The notes beneath the pieces are model-generated. The model was not told the origin of the DNA, ran no database searches, and saw only the letters and a list, made by a program, of their open reading frames with translations. From NCBI RefSeq assembly GCF_004010195.1, contig NC_057757.1, forward strand, positions 3,106,967 through 3,170,966: a stretch of DNA of 64,000 bases, given 5' to 3'. Positions within the stretch are counted from its first letter, which is position 1. The number at the start of each line of letters is the position of its first letter. A program made the position numbers and the translations under genes. Of the stretch, positions 27,437 through 39,992 are shown piece by piece. Source of the stretch: Chiloscyllium plagiosum. Its lineage: Eukaryota.

Positions 27437-28735
27437 TTGGCTTAGTGATTAACACTGCTGCCTCACAGTGCCAAGGTCCGATTCCAGCCTTGGTCAACTG
27501 TCTATATCGAGGTTGCATGTTCTCCTCGTGTCTGCGTGGGTTTCTTCTGGGTGCTCTGGTTTCCTCCCACAGTCTAACGATGTGCAGATTAGGGTGGATT
27601 GGCCGTGCTAAATTGCCCCATTGTGCTCAGGGTTGTGCAAGTGAGGGTGGATTGGCCGTGCCAACTTGTACCATAGTGTCCAAGGATGTGCAGTTTAGGG
27701 TGGATTGGCCGCGCTAAAATGTCCCATAGTGCCCAGGGATGTGCAAGTTAGCGTGGATTGGCCATGCTAAATTGTCCCATAGTGTCCAGGGATGTGCAGG
27801 TTAGGGTGCATTGGCCGGACTAAATTGTCCCATAGTACCCAGGGATGTGCAAGTGAGGGTGGGTTGGCCGTGCTAAATTGCCCTATAGTGTCCAGGGAAG
27901 TGCAGGTTAGAGTGGATTGGCCATGCTTAATTGTCCCATAGTGTCCAGGGATGTGCAGGTTAGTGTGGATTGGCCGTGCTCAATTGTCCCATAGTGCCCA
28001 GGGATGTGCAGGTTAGAGTGGATTTGCTGAGCTAAATGGTCCTGTAGTGTCCAGGGATGTGCAGGTTATGGTGGATTGGCTGTGCTAAAATGTCCCATAG
28101 TGCCCAGGGATGTGCAAGTTAGCGTGGATTGGCCATGCTAAATTGTCCCATAGTGTCCAGGGATGTGCAGGTTAGTGTGGATTTGCCGTGCTAAATTATC
28201 CTGTAGTGTCCAGGAATGTGCAGGTTAGGTTGGATTGGCTGTGCTCAATTGTCCCATAGTGTCCCAGGGATGTGCAGGTTAGGGTGGATTGGCCGTGCTA
28301 AATTGTCCCATAGTGCCCAGGGATGTGCAGGTTAGGGTGGATTGGCTGTGCTCAATTGTCCCATAGTGTCCCAGGGATGTGCAGGTTAGGGTGGATTGGC
28401 CGTGTTAAATTGTCCCATAGTGCCCAGGGATGTGTAAGTTTGAGTGGATTGGCTGTGCTCAATTGTCCCATAGTGTCCAGGGATGTGCAGGTTAGGGTGG
28501 ATTGGCTGTGCTAAATTGTCCCATAGTGTCCCAGGGATGTGCAGGTTAGGGTGGATTGGCCATGTTAAATTGTCCCATAGTGCCCAGGGATGTGCAGGTT
28601 AGGGTGGACTGGCTGTGCTCAATTGTCCCATAGTGTCCAGGGATGTGCAGGTTAGGGTGGATTGGCCGTGCTAAATTGTCCCATAGTGTCCAGGGATGTG
28701 CAGGTTAAGTTGGATTGGCCATGCTTAATTGCCCC
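27437..28735 (+). mobile_element. V-SINE head followed by ~21 copies of the 53-bp unit
   Basis: (gggatgtgcaggttagggtggattggccgtgctaaattgtcccatagtgtcca)n from ~27580; no SINE tail seen. Confidence 0.9.
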
Positions 28736-28899
28736 ACAAATGACTCTTCATATTCTTTTCCCACCTTCCACTTCAACACTGCCCCCCCAACCCTTTCACA
28801 TTCTTACATTTCAAAGGGAGACAGCAACATCATGTGGTAGTCATGGGGTTAAGTAATTCAGCAACTCGAACAAACTAGGAACACAGGTTCAAGAGAGGT

Positions 28900-28902
28900 A
28901 AT

Positions 28903-28933
<31 letters not shown>

Positions 28934-28974
28934 TGGAATATAGAGAGGGTAGATAGATAGATAGAGATGGAAAA

Positions 28975-29013
<39 letters not shown>

Positions 29014-29186
29014 TGGAATATAGAGAGGAAATATAGATAGATAGATAGATAGATAGACAGACAGATATGGAATATAGAGAGGAAATATAGATAGATAGAT
29101 AGATAGATAGACAGACAGATAGATAGATAGATATGGAATATAGAGAGGGTAGATAGATAGATAGATATGGAATATAGAGAGGAAAT

Positions 29187-29284
<98 letters not shown>

Positions 29285-29290
29285 TAGAGA
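28900..29290. repeat. Compound (GATA)n microsatellite
   Basis: (taga)n blocks interspersed with tggaatatagagagg. Confidence 0.95.
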
Positions 29291-30584
29291 AAAAGTAGAT
29301 AAACTGATAGAGAAGGATAGAAGGCTATACAGAAGAATAAATAGAAAGATAAGGACAAATCAAACTGGATAGATAGGTGCAGAATGGGTTCGTTAAAAAT
29401 CATGGCAAATCATAGCAGCTTATGATGGGTATAAAACAAAATTAGCTAATAAAATGAGTGATTAAAATTTACAGCGTAGTTCTAGGCAATCATTAACATA
29501 AGACCTAATCATAAAATGAGCATTTAAGTACGCTAATAATTACAATCTGTTGCAAAATGCTGATCTGGTTCATTTACAGACTCGAAATGAGACCTTGCCT
29601 GCACTCTGCGTTTTGTATTGGAGTGCCAAAGCTACTCTGACACATGTAGAACCAGAATGTGTGTTTCCCTGTGCTGTAAAACAGAGAAAGCTCTGACTGG
29701 ACTATGTTAGAAAGCCAACAAATCCCACCTCCCATGGCCACTATCTCTTTCCATAACCACATGGAATTAAATGTGCAACGGGGTTAAAGAAACAAAGCAT
29801 TAATCTCCAGTTGAGATGTAGAATGAATAGAGCACATGATAATCTAATCCCTACTTTATAAAACCTAAAGACATGGTGTCCAAAATTTTAATTTGTCATA
29901 ACATTGTTTAGGTATATAGTCAGATATCTTGAAATTTTGGAAAGGATGCTTAGCAAAGGAGTTTGACCATGGTAGCAATAATTAAGCTTTTGGAAGGAAT
30001 AAGCTGCTTTAATGAAGACATTGAGTTTGCAGCATTTTCAGAGTGAGATGACCTGACCCTGGGCGTGAAAAGAAACTGGATTTGAACACAACCAGAGAGA
30101 TAACTTGCGCACAGCAAAGTTCTAGTGTCATCCCACTAGAAAACCTCATCACCACAGATGGAGGATTCCTGTAAGTGAATTCAGAACCTACACCATTAAA
30201 AGTCAATTCAAACAGCCAGAACTGATCTAGGAAGACACTTCAGTACAACCAGCTCATGTGAACATTATCTTTGGTAATGGATTATCATTTGAGACAATCT
30301 GTAAATATTTATTTTCCTGCATTGAACAGTTACTTGGTTGAAGAACTCATAAGAGCAGACTTTGTGGTTGATATTTTTTGAAAAGCATAATTATATATAT
30401 TTACATCAGTTAAAATATTGTTGATGATCTTTACATCTTTGCTTCAGTAACACACTGGTATAATGTATACAATTAGCAATATCACTGCCCTTTGCAAATT
30501 CAAACTTAGTTGTGACAGTGGAAGTGTGGGACTAAGCAAGGAATCTGTTCACCCATCTTAATTTGGCCAGAGTGTCATTAAAAT

Positions 30585-31212
30585 TGTGACAATGCTGTGA
30601 CTTTAAGAAGTTATTTTGTGCTGGCTTTTTCTTTGAAGAGAGACTGTAAGGCAGAAGTGCTGAGACGTCTCTAAGAAAGTAAGCAATTTGTGAAACGATG
30701 ATTTTAAATTGAAACAATAGAAGCAGCCTGGCTGGGTGTGGGTTGCTCCCATAGATCAGGCTTTCTAGTTTGTTTTAGTTTTGGGGTTTAGTTTTAAGCA
30801 GAAACCTTTGGAATCTCAAAAGATTTAGAAACTTCAGTGAATGTCTCTTAGCTGCCAATTACTCTGAATTTTGTTTTGATGTATTGTTTCCTCCTAGATT
30901 AGAGAACTGCAGGGAAGAATCTGTGTCTGGATTTGCCTTTTTGCCAAAGGGGTGTGCTGATGGGACGTTACTGTACCTTAATTAGTATTAGGCACTGCAT
31001 CTATCATTCGGGTAAGTTTTCCAATAGTTAAGTAATTCTAAATTCCTCTTTCCTTTGTATTTCAACTATAATGTTGAAATGAATTGTGTTTTGCTTAACA
31101 TCACATCACATTTGGAACAAACACTTTACATCTACCTTTAAAATAATAAAAACATAAGGGTCTAGGCTACCTTCTTAAAATATTTTGAGGGGTTCTGGCC
31201 TGGTCCATATAA
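30585..31212 (+). mobile_element. Solo LTR, family 2, with 4-bp TSD AAAT
   Basis: aaat|tgtgacaatgc...ggcctggtccatataa|aaat; homologous to 20379-20964 and partly to 54560-55088. Confidence 0.7.
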
Positions 31213-32104
31213 AAATGTAGATAATTCTCACACAAGTTAATGAATTCAACTTGACAGCATATGATCTGTCAGACAACAGAAGGAGATGATGGTGCAAGAC
31301 TAAAGGAAATGGCAAAAAAGCAAGTGAAAGAAGCAAAAGATGGGTCTCGGGAAGGTGTGAATGGCAACAGCATATCCATGACTGATGGCTGGTGTGTGAG
31401 AAACTGGGAGCTGTGGTTACTGTCTGAAATAATGTGGAGTTCAGAACATGTATTCATTTTTAAATTGTCAAACTGCCCACTAGAACCAGTAAATAGTCTG
31501 CGAATAAAAGTATTTACCATTTACTGGCCAGCTGTGGAAGAAATAGATAGGTGTTAGAAGGTTTACAGAGTATCAGGTGAAAACCTACATTTTCAGTACA
31601 TTTTGGGGGCAGTAACCCATTCCCATTCCCATTGCATGAAACCTCTGTGTGGAGTTTGCACATTCTCCCTGTGTCTGTGTCAGCTTCCTCTGGGTGCTCC
31701 GGTTTCCTCCCACAATCCAAAGATGTGCAGGTTAGGTGAATTGTCCATGCTAGATTGCCCATAGTGTTAGGTGCATTAGTCAGGGATAAATATAGGGTAG
31801 GGGAATGGGACTGGGTGGGTTACTCTTTGGACGGTCAGTGTGGACTTATTGAGCCAAATGGCCTGTTTCCAAACTTTAGGAATCTAATCTAAAGTGCTCA
31901 CTTTGGAGTAATGTGCACCGTTCTGGTTGCCCTGCTATGGCAAGGATAGTATTAAATTGGAAAGAGTGCAGATTTACAAGGATGTTACTGGGACTGGAGG
32001 GTTTGGGTAGGAGGACAGTCATAGAGTCATAGAGATGTACAGCACGGAAACAGACCCTTCGGTCCAACTCATCCATGCTGATCAGACAACCTAACCTAAT
32101 CTAG

Positions 32105-32233
32105 ATAAAAACAATGACTACAGATGCTGGAAACCAGATTCTGGATTAGTAGTGCTGGAAGAGCACAGCAGTTCAGGCAGCATCCGAGGAGCAGTAAAAT
32201 CGATGCTTTGGGCACAAGCCCTTCATCAGGAAT
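32105..32233 (-). mobile_element. 129-bp PLE terminus inserted into a CR1 3' UTR, 14-bp TSD
   Basis: ctaacctaatctag at 32091-32104 and 32234-32247; contains a degenerate hammerhead (ctgatgaagggcttgtgcccaaagc). Confidence 0.85.
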
Positions 32234-32496
32234 CTAACCTAATCTAGTCCCATTGGCCAGCACTTGGCCCATATCCCTCTAAACCCTTCCTATTCATATA
32301 CCCATTCAGATGTCTTTTAAACGCTGTAACTGTACCAGCCTCCACCACTTCCTCTGGCAGCTCATTCCATACACGTACCACCCTCTGCGTGAAAATGTTG
32401 CCCCTTTGGTCCCTTTTAAATTTTTCTCCTCTCACGCTAAACCTATGCCCTCTAGTCCTGGACTCCCCTACCCTGGGTAAAGACCTTGTCTATTTA

Positions 32497-32780
32497 CTGG
32501 ATCAGTGGTGCTGGAAGAGCACAGCAATTCAGGCAGCATCCGAGGACAGGCAAAATCGACGTTTCGGGCCAAAGCCCTTCATCAGGAATAAAGGCAGAGA
32601 GCCTGAAGCGTGGAGAGATAAGCTAGAGGAGGGTGGGGGTGGGGATAGAGTAGCATAGAGTACAATAGGTCAGTGGGGAAGGAGATGAAGGTGATAGGTC
32701 AGGGAGGAGAGGGTGGAGTGGACAGGTGGAAAAGGAGCTGGAGGGGCTGAGTCTGAGGGCGGAGGTGCGGGATGTGGACG
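32497..32780 (-). mobile_element. PLE 3' region running into the assembly gap
   Basis: Same terminus as 6203-6293, plus purine-rich sequence shared with 48865-49298. Confidence 0.75.
32558..32585 (-). ncRNA. Minimal type I hammerhead ribozyme core
   Basis: CUGAUGA-A-GGGC-UUUG-GCCC-GAAAC-GUC on the minus strand. Confidence 0.75.
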
Positions 32781-33596
32781 NNNNNNNNNNNNNNNNNNNN
32801 NNNNNNNNNNNNNNNNNNNNNNNNNNNNNNNNNNNNNNNNNNNNNNNNNNNNNNNNNNNNNNNNNNNNNNNNNNNNNNNNNNNNNNNNNNNNNNNNNNNN
32901 NNNNNNNNNNNNNNNNNNNNNNNNNNNNNNNNNNNNNNNNNNNNNNNNNNNNNNNNNNNNNNNNNNNNNNNNNNNNNNNNNNNNNNNNNNNNNNNNNNNN
33001 NNNNNNNNNNNNNNNNNNNNNNNNNNNNNNNNNNNNNNNNNNNNNNNNNNNNNNNNNNNNNNNNNNNNNNNNNNNNNNNNNNNNNNNNNNNNNNNNNNNN
33101 NNNNNNNNNNNNNNNNNNNNNNNNNNNNNNNNNNNNNNNNNNNNNNNNNNNNNNNNNNNNNNNNNNNNNNNNNNNNNNNNNNNNNNNNNNNNNNNNNNNN
33201 NNNNNNNNNNNNNNNNNNNNNNNNNNNNNNNNNNNNNNNNNNNNNNNNNNNNNNNNNNNNNNNNNNNNNNNNNNNNNNNNNNNNNNNNNNNNNNNNNNNN
33301 NNNNNNNNNNNNNNNNNNNNNNNNNNNNNNNNNNNNNNNNNNNNNNNNNNNNNNNNNNNNNNNNNNNNNNNNNNNNNNNNNNNNNNNNNNNNNNNNNNNN
33401 NNNNNNNNNNNNNNNNNNNNNNNNNNNNNNNNNNNNNNNNNNNNNNNNNNNNNNNNNNNNNNNNNNNNNNNNNNNNNNNNNNNNNNNNNNNNNNNNNNNN
33501 NNNNNNNNNNNNNNNNNNNNNNNNNNNNNNNNNNNNNNNNNNNNNNNNNNNNNNNNNNNNNNNNNNNNNNNNNNNNNNNNNNNNNNNNNNNNNNNN
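32781..33596. other. Assembly gap (816 N)
   Basis: Run of N. Confidence 1.
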
Positions 33597-33714
33597 GAGG
33601 AAACACACGCAGACACGGGGAGAATGTGCAAACTCAACACAGACAGTCGCCCGAGGCTGGAATCGAACCTGGGACCCTGGTGCTGTGAGGCAGCAGTGCT
33701 AACCACTGAGCCAC

Positions 33715-35432
33715 TGTACCAGCTTCCATCATTTCCCTGGCAGCTCATTCCATACCACCCTCTGCGTGAAAAAGTTGCCCCTTAGGTATCTTTTAACTTT
33801 CTCCTCTCACCCTAAACCCTCCCCCACCCCAGGGAAAGACCTGGTCTATTTACCCTATCCGTGCCCCTCATGATTTTATAAACCTCTATAAGGTCACCCC
33901 TCAACCTCTGACACTCCAGGGAAAACAGCCCCAGCCTGTTCAACTTCTCCCTATAGCTCAGATCCTCCAACCCTGGCAACATCCTTGTAAATCTTTTCTG
34001 AACCCTTTCAAGTTTCACAATATCCTTCCGATAGGAAGGAGACCAGAATTGCGCACGATATTCCAAAAGTGGCCTAACCAATATCATGTACAGCCACAAC
34101 ATGACCTCCCAACTTCAATACTCAGTGCTCTGAGGAGAGGCTGGATAGGCTGGGACTTTTTTAATTGGAGTGTAGGAGGCTGAGGGGTGACCTTACAGAG
34201 GTTTACAGAAATATGCATAGATAAGGTGAATAGAAAAGGGTTTTTTTTCCCCCCTAGGGTAGGGGAGTTCCAAACTAGAGGGCATAATTTGAAACAAGAA
34301 CAGAAATTACTGGAAAAGCTCAGCTGATCTGTCAGCATCTGTGGAGAAAAAGCAGAGTTAACATTCTGGGTGAAGTCAAACTTCCTCAGATTGACAGCAT
34401 CCACAGTTCTTTCGGTTTTTTATTTCGAGCATAATTTCAAGATGAGAGGAGGAAGAATAGATAGGGACCTGAGGGCTAACGTTTTCACACCGAAGGTGGT
34501 TGGTGAATGGAATGAACTGCCAGAGGAAGTGGGAGGTGCAGGTACATTTAAAAAACATTCAGTCAGGTACAAGAATAGGAAAGGTCTACCAGGATACGGG
34601 CCAATTGCGGGCAAACGGGACTAGTTTAGTTTGGGACACCTGGTCAGCATGGACGAGTTGGGCCGAAGGGTCTCTTTCCATGTTGTATGACTCGATGACC
34701 CCTCTGCCGATGTAGAAGGTGCAGGTTCATAGCTCCTTGAAAGTGGAGTCGCAGGAAGAGAGGATAGTGAAGAAGGCGTTTGGTATGCTTTCCTTTATTG
34801 GTCAGAGTATTGAGTACAGGAGTTGGGAGGTCATGTTGTGGCTGTACAGGACATTGGTTCGGCCAATATTGTGAGCAATTCTGGTCTCCCTCCTATCGGA
34901 AAGATGTTGTGAAAACTGAAAGGGTTTAGAAAAGATTTACAAGGATGTTGCCAGGGTTGGAGAGTTGAGCTATGGGGAGTGGCTGAATAGGCTGGGGCTG
35001 TTTTCCCTGGAGTTTTGGAAGCTGAGGGAACCTTTACAGATGTTTATAAAATCATGAAGGGGCATGGATAGGATAAATAGACAAAGTCTTTTCACTGGGG
35101 TGGGGGAGTCCAGAACTAGAGGGCATAGGTTTAGGGTGAGAGGGGAAAGATATAAAAGGGACCTAAGGGGCAACATTTTCACACAGAAGGTGGTGCATGT
35201 ATGGAATGAGCTGCCAGAGGAAGTGGTAGAGACTAGTACAATTGCAACATTTAAAAGGCATTTGGATGGGTATATGAATAGGAAGGGTTTGGAGGGATAT
35301 GAGCCGGGTGCTGGCAGGTGGGACTAGAATGGGTTGGGATTAGAATGGGTTGGGATATCTGGTCAGCATGGACGGGTTGGACCGAAGGGTCTGTTTCCGT
35401 GCTGTACATCTCTGTGACTCTATGAGTCTATG
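33715..35432. mobile_element. Cluster of CR1/HER1 3' fragments (33715-34125 -, 34130-34700 +, 34715-35432 +)
   Basis: LVRPLLEY..QFWSP..RKD..KLERVQKRFTRMLPG and FTQKVV.VWNELPEEVV motifs. Confidence 0.88.
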
Positions 35433-36279
35433 AGACAGTGAGTTTTTTGGGATAAAGCCAAGGGGGTTTGGATGCTACCCAACTTGTACACCTCAATCAC
35501 CTAAGTGATAGGCTTTTTGCTCCCAAAATTGTTCATTATAGAGAGCCAGCAGGCGACGGGAACTAACCAATGTGTTGGAAATCAAACCCCGGCTAAAGTG
35601 ATTGACTGGTAGTTTCCAAGGTGAGATAAATGCACTTCAGTTGTTACAGACCTGTGTCCACGCTGTGCATGGAATAATGAGTTCCATTAGCAGAAAATAG
35701 TAAGACATTTCACTCATCGCGAGCATAATCAAAAAAATAGGGGATTGATTAATGAAGGCTGCATGATGCTGAAATTCAACAGAGATTGGAGCCTAATTTG
35801 TTGGGCTGGAGATATTCGCTGCACTAAAGGTTCACTTGTCCTCGGAGAAGTGCTGCTTTGATGTATTCCATTAAGCAACAGTTCAGTTCAGTTCAGAGAA
35901 GATTTTCAGAACGGAACGTTTGCAGTAGCAAAGAAATAGCACTATCCATGCTCTGCAGGATATGTTTGAATGCAAGGAGTAGGAACAAGCAGAGGCCATT
36001 CAGCCCCACTTTTCCCTCATTAGACAAACCCCTTCAACTGAGAAGGACAGTCAAGGGAACCTTCCGTGAACAGCCGTCAGTACAAGTATGCCCATCTTTA
36101 AGGAAGAATCCCAAAACAAGGTGGGGTCTCACCCATACAGGTGTAGCAAGACTTGCTCACAATTTCCCTTGGGATAACAAAGTCAGGTATTCCACTTGCC
36201 TTCCCAATGGCTTCCTATTCACGTGTGGGGCTGACCTTTTCTGAGTCAAATACAAAGACACTCTGCAGCATTCTGCAGT

Positions 36280-37400
36280 CATCGAGTCACAGAGATGCAC
36301 AGCATGGAAACAGACCCTGCAGCTCAACTCATCCATACTGAACAGACATCCTAAATTAATCTAGTCCCATTTGCCAGCATTTTGCCTTATCCCTCTAAAC
36401 CCTTTTGATTCATGCACCCTTGAAGATGCCTTTTAAATGCTGTAATTGTACCAGCCTCCCCCACTTCCTCTGGCAGCTCATATCATACACTTACCACCCT
36501 CTGTGTGAAAAAGTTGCCCCTTAGGTCCCTTTTAAATCTCTCCCCTCTCACCTTAAACCAATGCACTCTAGCTTTGGACTCCCCTACCCTGGGGAAGAGA
36601 CCTTGGCTATTCACCTTATCCATGCCCCTCATGATTTTATCAATCTTGAAAATGTTACCCCTCAGCCTCCAATGCTCCAGGGAACACAGCCCCATCCTAT
36701 TCAACCTCTCCCAAGAGCTCAAATCCTCCAACCCTGGCAACATCCTTGTAAATCTTTTCTGAACCCTTTTAAGTTTCACAACATCCTTCCGATAGGAAGG
36801 AGACCAGAACTGCATGTAATATTCCAAAAGTGGCCTCACCAATGTCCTGTACAGCCGCAACAACACCTCCCAACTCCTGTACTCAATACTCTGACCAATA
36901 AAGGAAAGCATAGTGGGCGGCACGGTGGCACAGTGGTTAGCACTGCTGCCTGTCAGAGCCAGAGACCCGGGTTCAATTCCTGCCTCAGGTGACTGTCTGT
37001 GTGGAGTTTGCCCATTCTCCCCTTGTCTGCGTGGGTTTCCTCCAGGTGCTCTGGTTTCCTCCCACAATCCAAAAATGTGCAGGTTAGGTGAATTGGCCAT
37101 GCTAAATTGTCCATTGTGTTAGGTGAAGACGGGAATGGGTCTGAGTGGGTTGTGCTTTGGCGGGTCGGTGTGGACTTGTTGGGCCGAAGGGCCTGTTTCC
37201 ACACTGTAAGTAATCTAATCTAATATACCAAACACATTCTTCACTATCCTATCTACCTATAACTCTACGTTCACAAGGAGCTATGAACCTGCACTGCAAG
37301 ATCTCTTTGTTCAGCAACACTCCCCAGGACCTTACCATTATGTGTGTAAGTCCTGCCCTGATTTGCCTTTCCATTTATCTAAATTAAACCCCATCTGCCA
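36280..37400 (-). mobile_element. CR1/HER1 LINE split by a full-length V-SINE (36914-37223, +)
   Basis: CR1 ...aaaggaaagcata resumes as ataccaaacac after the SINE tail (taatc)n. Confidence 0.88.
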
Positions 37401-37739
37401 CTCTCTGATTGGAACCACAGTCTTATTCTTGGCTCCCTGCCCCAACAGTTTTGTCAAGGCATGCCTCAGTCCATGCCGCACAGGAACAGGAGGGGGTCTG
37501 GTATGGCTAAGTCAGCAATTCCATCTCTGATCATTGTGAACCCCAACATGAGACTTAAGCGCTGAGTCTAAGCTGGCACCCTACAGTGATCTACCTCACT
37601 GCCTTTATGCAGAACAATGTCGAACCTCATCCCTTCCAGATCTGCCTGGAACTATTACAAATAAAATCAATAATCTACTTTGTCTACAATATGATTGATA
37701 ACAATAAGATGAATGAATTGGCACTTCTACTGAGCCAAC

Positions 37740-38570
37740 AGTGGGGAGAGGGATGCAACAAGTTCTAGACAATACCCTGGCTTGGGCCGATAAGTGGCAA
37801 AAAATATTCACGCCACACAAATACCAGGCTGTGAACACTCTAACCACTGTCCCTTGACATTCAATGGTGTTACCATCACTGAGTCCCCCATCCTGGGGGT
37901 TACCATTGACCAGAAACTCAACTGGACTTTCCACATAAACTCAGTGGCTACAAGAGCAGCTCAGAGACTAGGAATACTGCAGCGAGTAACTCCCCTTCTG
38001 GGTCCCCAAAGCTTGTCCACCATCAACAAGGCACAAGTCAGAATTGTGATGGAACATTCCCCACTTGCCCCTAGATAGGGGCAGCCCCAACAACACTCGA
38101 GAAGCTCGACACCATCCAGGGACAAAGTAGCCCCCGCTTGATTGATACCACATCCACAAACATCCCCTCCCTCCACCACCGACGCTCAGTAGCAACAGTG
38201 TGTACCAGCTACAAGATGCACTGCAGCAATTTACCAAAGGTCCTCAGGCAGCACCTTCCAAATCCATGGCCACTTCCATCTAGGAGGATGAGGGCAGCAG
38301 ATATATGGGAACACCACCCTCTGCAAGTTCCCCCAACCAAGCCACTCACCATCCTGTCTGGGAAATACATCGCCATTCCTTCACTGTTGCTGGATTGGAA
38401 TCCTGGAACTCCCTCCCTAACAGCATTGTGGGTCAACCCTCAGCAGGTGGTCTGCAGTGGTTCAAGAAGGCAGCTCACCTCCCACATTCTCAAGGGGCAA
38501 CTAGGGACGAGCAATAAATGCTGGCCTAGCCAGCGGCGCTACTATCCTGTGGGTGGATGAGAAAAAAGAG
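37740..38570 (+). mobile_element. CR1-superfamily LINE distinct from HER1, 3' end
   Basis: ILGVTIDQKLNWTFHINSVATRAAQRLGILQRV...KAQVR.VMEHSPLA; tail gcaataaatgctggcc shared with the second SINE family. Another copy at ~48725-49825 (-). Confidence 0.75.
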
Positions 38571-39167
38571 AGACACATCGATTCAACATTTCAATCTTCT
38601 TCGGAACTGAGTAAGTATCATTGTGTCGAACTGTCATCTCCAGACAGAGGCTATCACAGACAGTGATGGGCTGAAAGGGACGCTGTTGGGCCGTGTGTGT
38701 GTGTGTGTAGAGAAAGCTTTACTCTGTATCTAACCTTGTGCTGCCTCTGTCCTGGCGTGTTTGATGGGGTCAGTGGAGAGAGAGCTTTAATTTCAGTTTA
38801 ACAGAGTAGAGAGAGCTTTACTCTGTATCTAATCCCAGCTGTCCTGGGATAGCACTGGGAGTGCCACCTTTGAACAAACATTAAACTGGAGTCAAAATCA
38901 CACCAGCTGTTTTCAAAAAGAGATTCATCATTCTTACCAGTACCTAATAGTAATAAAAAAATCAATTAACATAATGAGGAGAAAATAGTTTTGCTCTTGG
39001 CTAGTACTCTATTCATTAAGAATCCAATTTGTCTCCTCACTGTAGCAATTCAATTAAAGTACTCATCTGAAATAAGTAGCCTGGCAATCCAAAAACACTT
39101 AATTCGAGCAGCTGCTACCACCTCTTTTGGAAGGGAGAACTACAGCAGTTTTGAAATATTAGATACA

Positions 39168-39475
39168 GAGTGTTTGATGGGGACAGTGTAGAGGGAGCTT
39201 TACTCTGTATCTAACCCTGTGCTGTCCCTGTCCTGGGAGTGTTTGATGGGAGATTGTGTAGAGAAAGCTTTACTCTGCATCTAGCCCCGTGCTGACCCTG
39301 TCCTGGGAGAGTTTGATGGGAGATAGTGTAGAGGAAGCTTTACTCTGCATCTAGCCCCATGCTGTCCCTGTCCTGGGAGAGTTTGATGGAAGATAGTGTA
39401 GAGGAAGCTTTACTCTGCATCTAACCCCATGCTGTCCCTGTCCTGGGAGTGTTTGATGGGAGATAGTGTAGAGGG
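39168..39475. repeat. ~69-bp minisatellite (family of 1626-2062); degenerate copies at 38705-38850
   Basis: gagtgtttgatggg...gtgtagag..agctttactctg.atcta units. Confidence 0.92.
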
Positions 39476-39512
39476 TATAACTGTCAGACAGTTCCTGGTA
39501 AATATTATTTAG

Positions 39513-39522
39513 TTTATTTATT
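39513..39522 (-). terminator. Two overlapping AATAAA poly(A) signals over the protease stop codon
   Basis: Minus strand reads ATG AAT AAA TAA AC, giving AATAAA at 39522-39517 and 39518-39513. Confidence 0.55.
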
Positions 39523-39882
39523 CATCTCAGGCCATAGAATTGCCCAGGTCAGTGTAACAGTCGAGCAGAGGATGCTGCAATGGTCAGTTCTGGAGGCCCT
39601 GGAAGATTGTGCTGTCAGCTCCCGGTAGGGGAATGAAGCCTGGGACAGGGTGTTCTCATCCACCACTTGTCGCGCAGGTTCAGAGGGAATGTCCCTTCCC
39701 GGGATGTAGGGTTTTCCGGCCTCGTCCGCCATCGTCTCCAGCCAGTCCAGGTAATTGGCAAGCAGGGTGTACACGCCTGGACTGCGAGACTGCCCACACC
39801 CGCTCCCCCAGCTCACGATGCCAACCTGGATCCAAGACTCGGAGTTCATGCCTTGACACATCAGTGGACCCCCGCTGTCTCC
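39514..39882 (-). CDS. PRSS55-like serine protease, last exon (Ser195 plus C-terminal extension)
   Basis: Acceptor gctttgtag|GGA. Encodes GDSGGPLMC...[14 protein letters not shown]...PGVYT...NYLDWL, then a hydrophobic tail and TAA. Confidence 0.93.
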   Translation of the reverse strand, partial: GDSGGPLMCQGMNSESWIQVGIVSWGSGCGQSRSPGVYTLLANYLDWLETMADEAGKPYIPGRDIPSEPARQVVDENTLSQASFPYRELTAQSSRASRTDHCSILCSTVTLTWAILWPEMNK

Positions 39883-39992
39883 CTACAAAGCAAACACAAA
39901 CTACTCAGCACCATCGGAAATCTCTCCGGAGTGGAGTGTAAGAACAAAGCCCTTCAGTTAGAGTGTGATACTCATTTCCCCAGAGAACTGTC

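Noticed and set aside
28858..29403. 181-aa hydrophobic ORF (IYLS)n
   Set aside because: Translation of the (GATA)n microsatellite.
29894..30517. Possible further solo LTRs (tgtcataac...gttgtgaca; also 14791-15147)
   Set aside because: TG..CA ends are present but there is no convincing TSD or second copy in the window.
32623..33785. Six ORFs of >300 aa
   Set aside because: Artefacts of translating through the N gap.
36914..36990. tRNA-like sequence with A and B boxes
   Set aside because: It is the head of a multi-copy SINE, continuous with the V-domain and LINE tail; not a tRNA gene.
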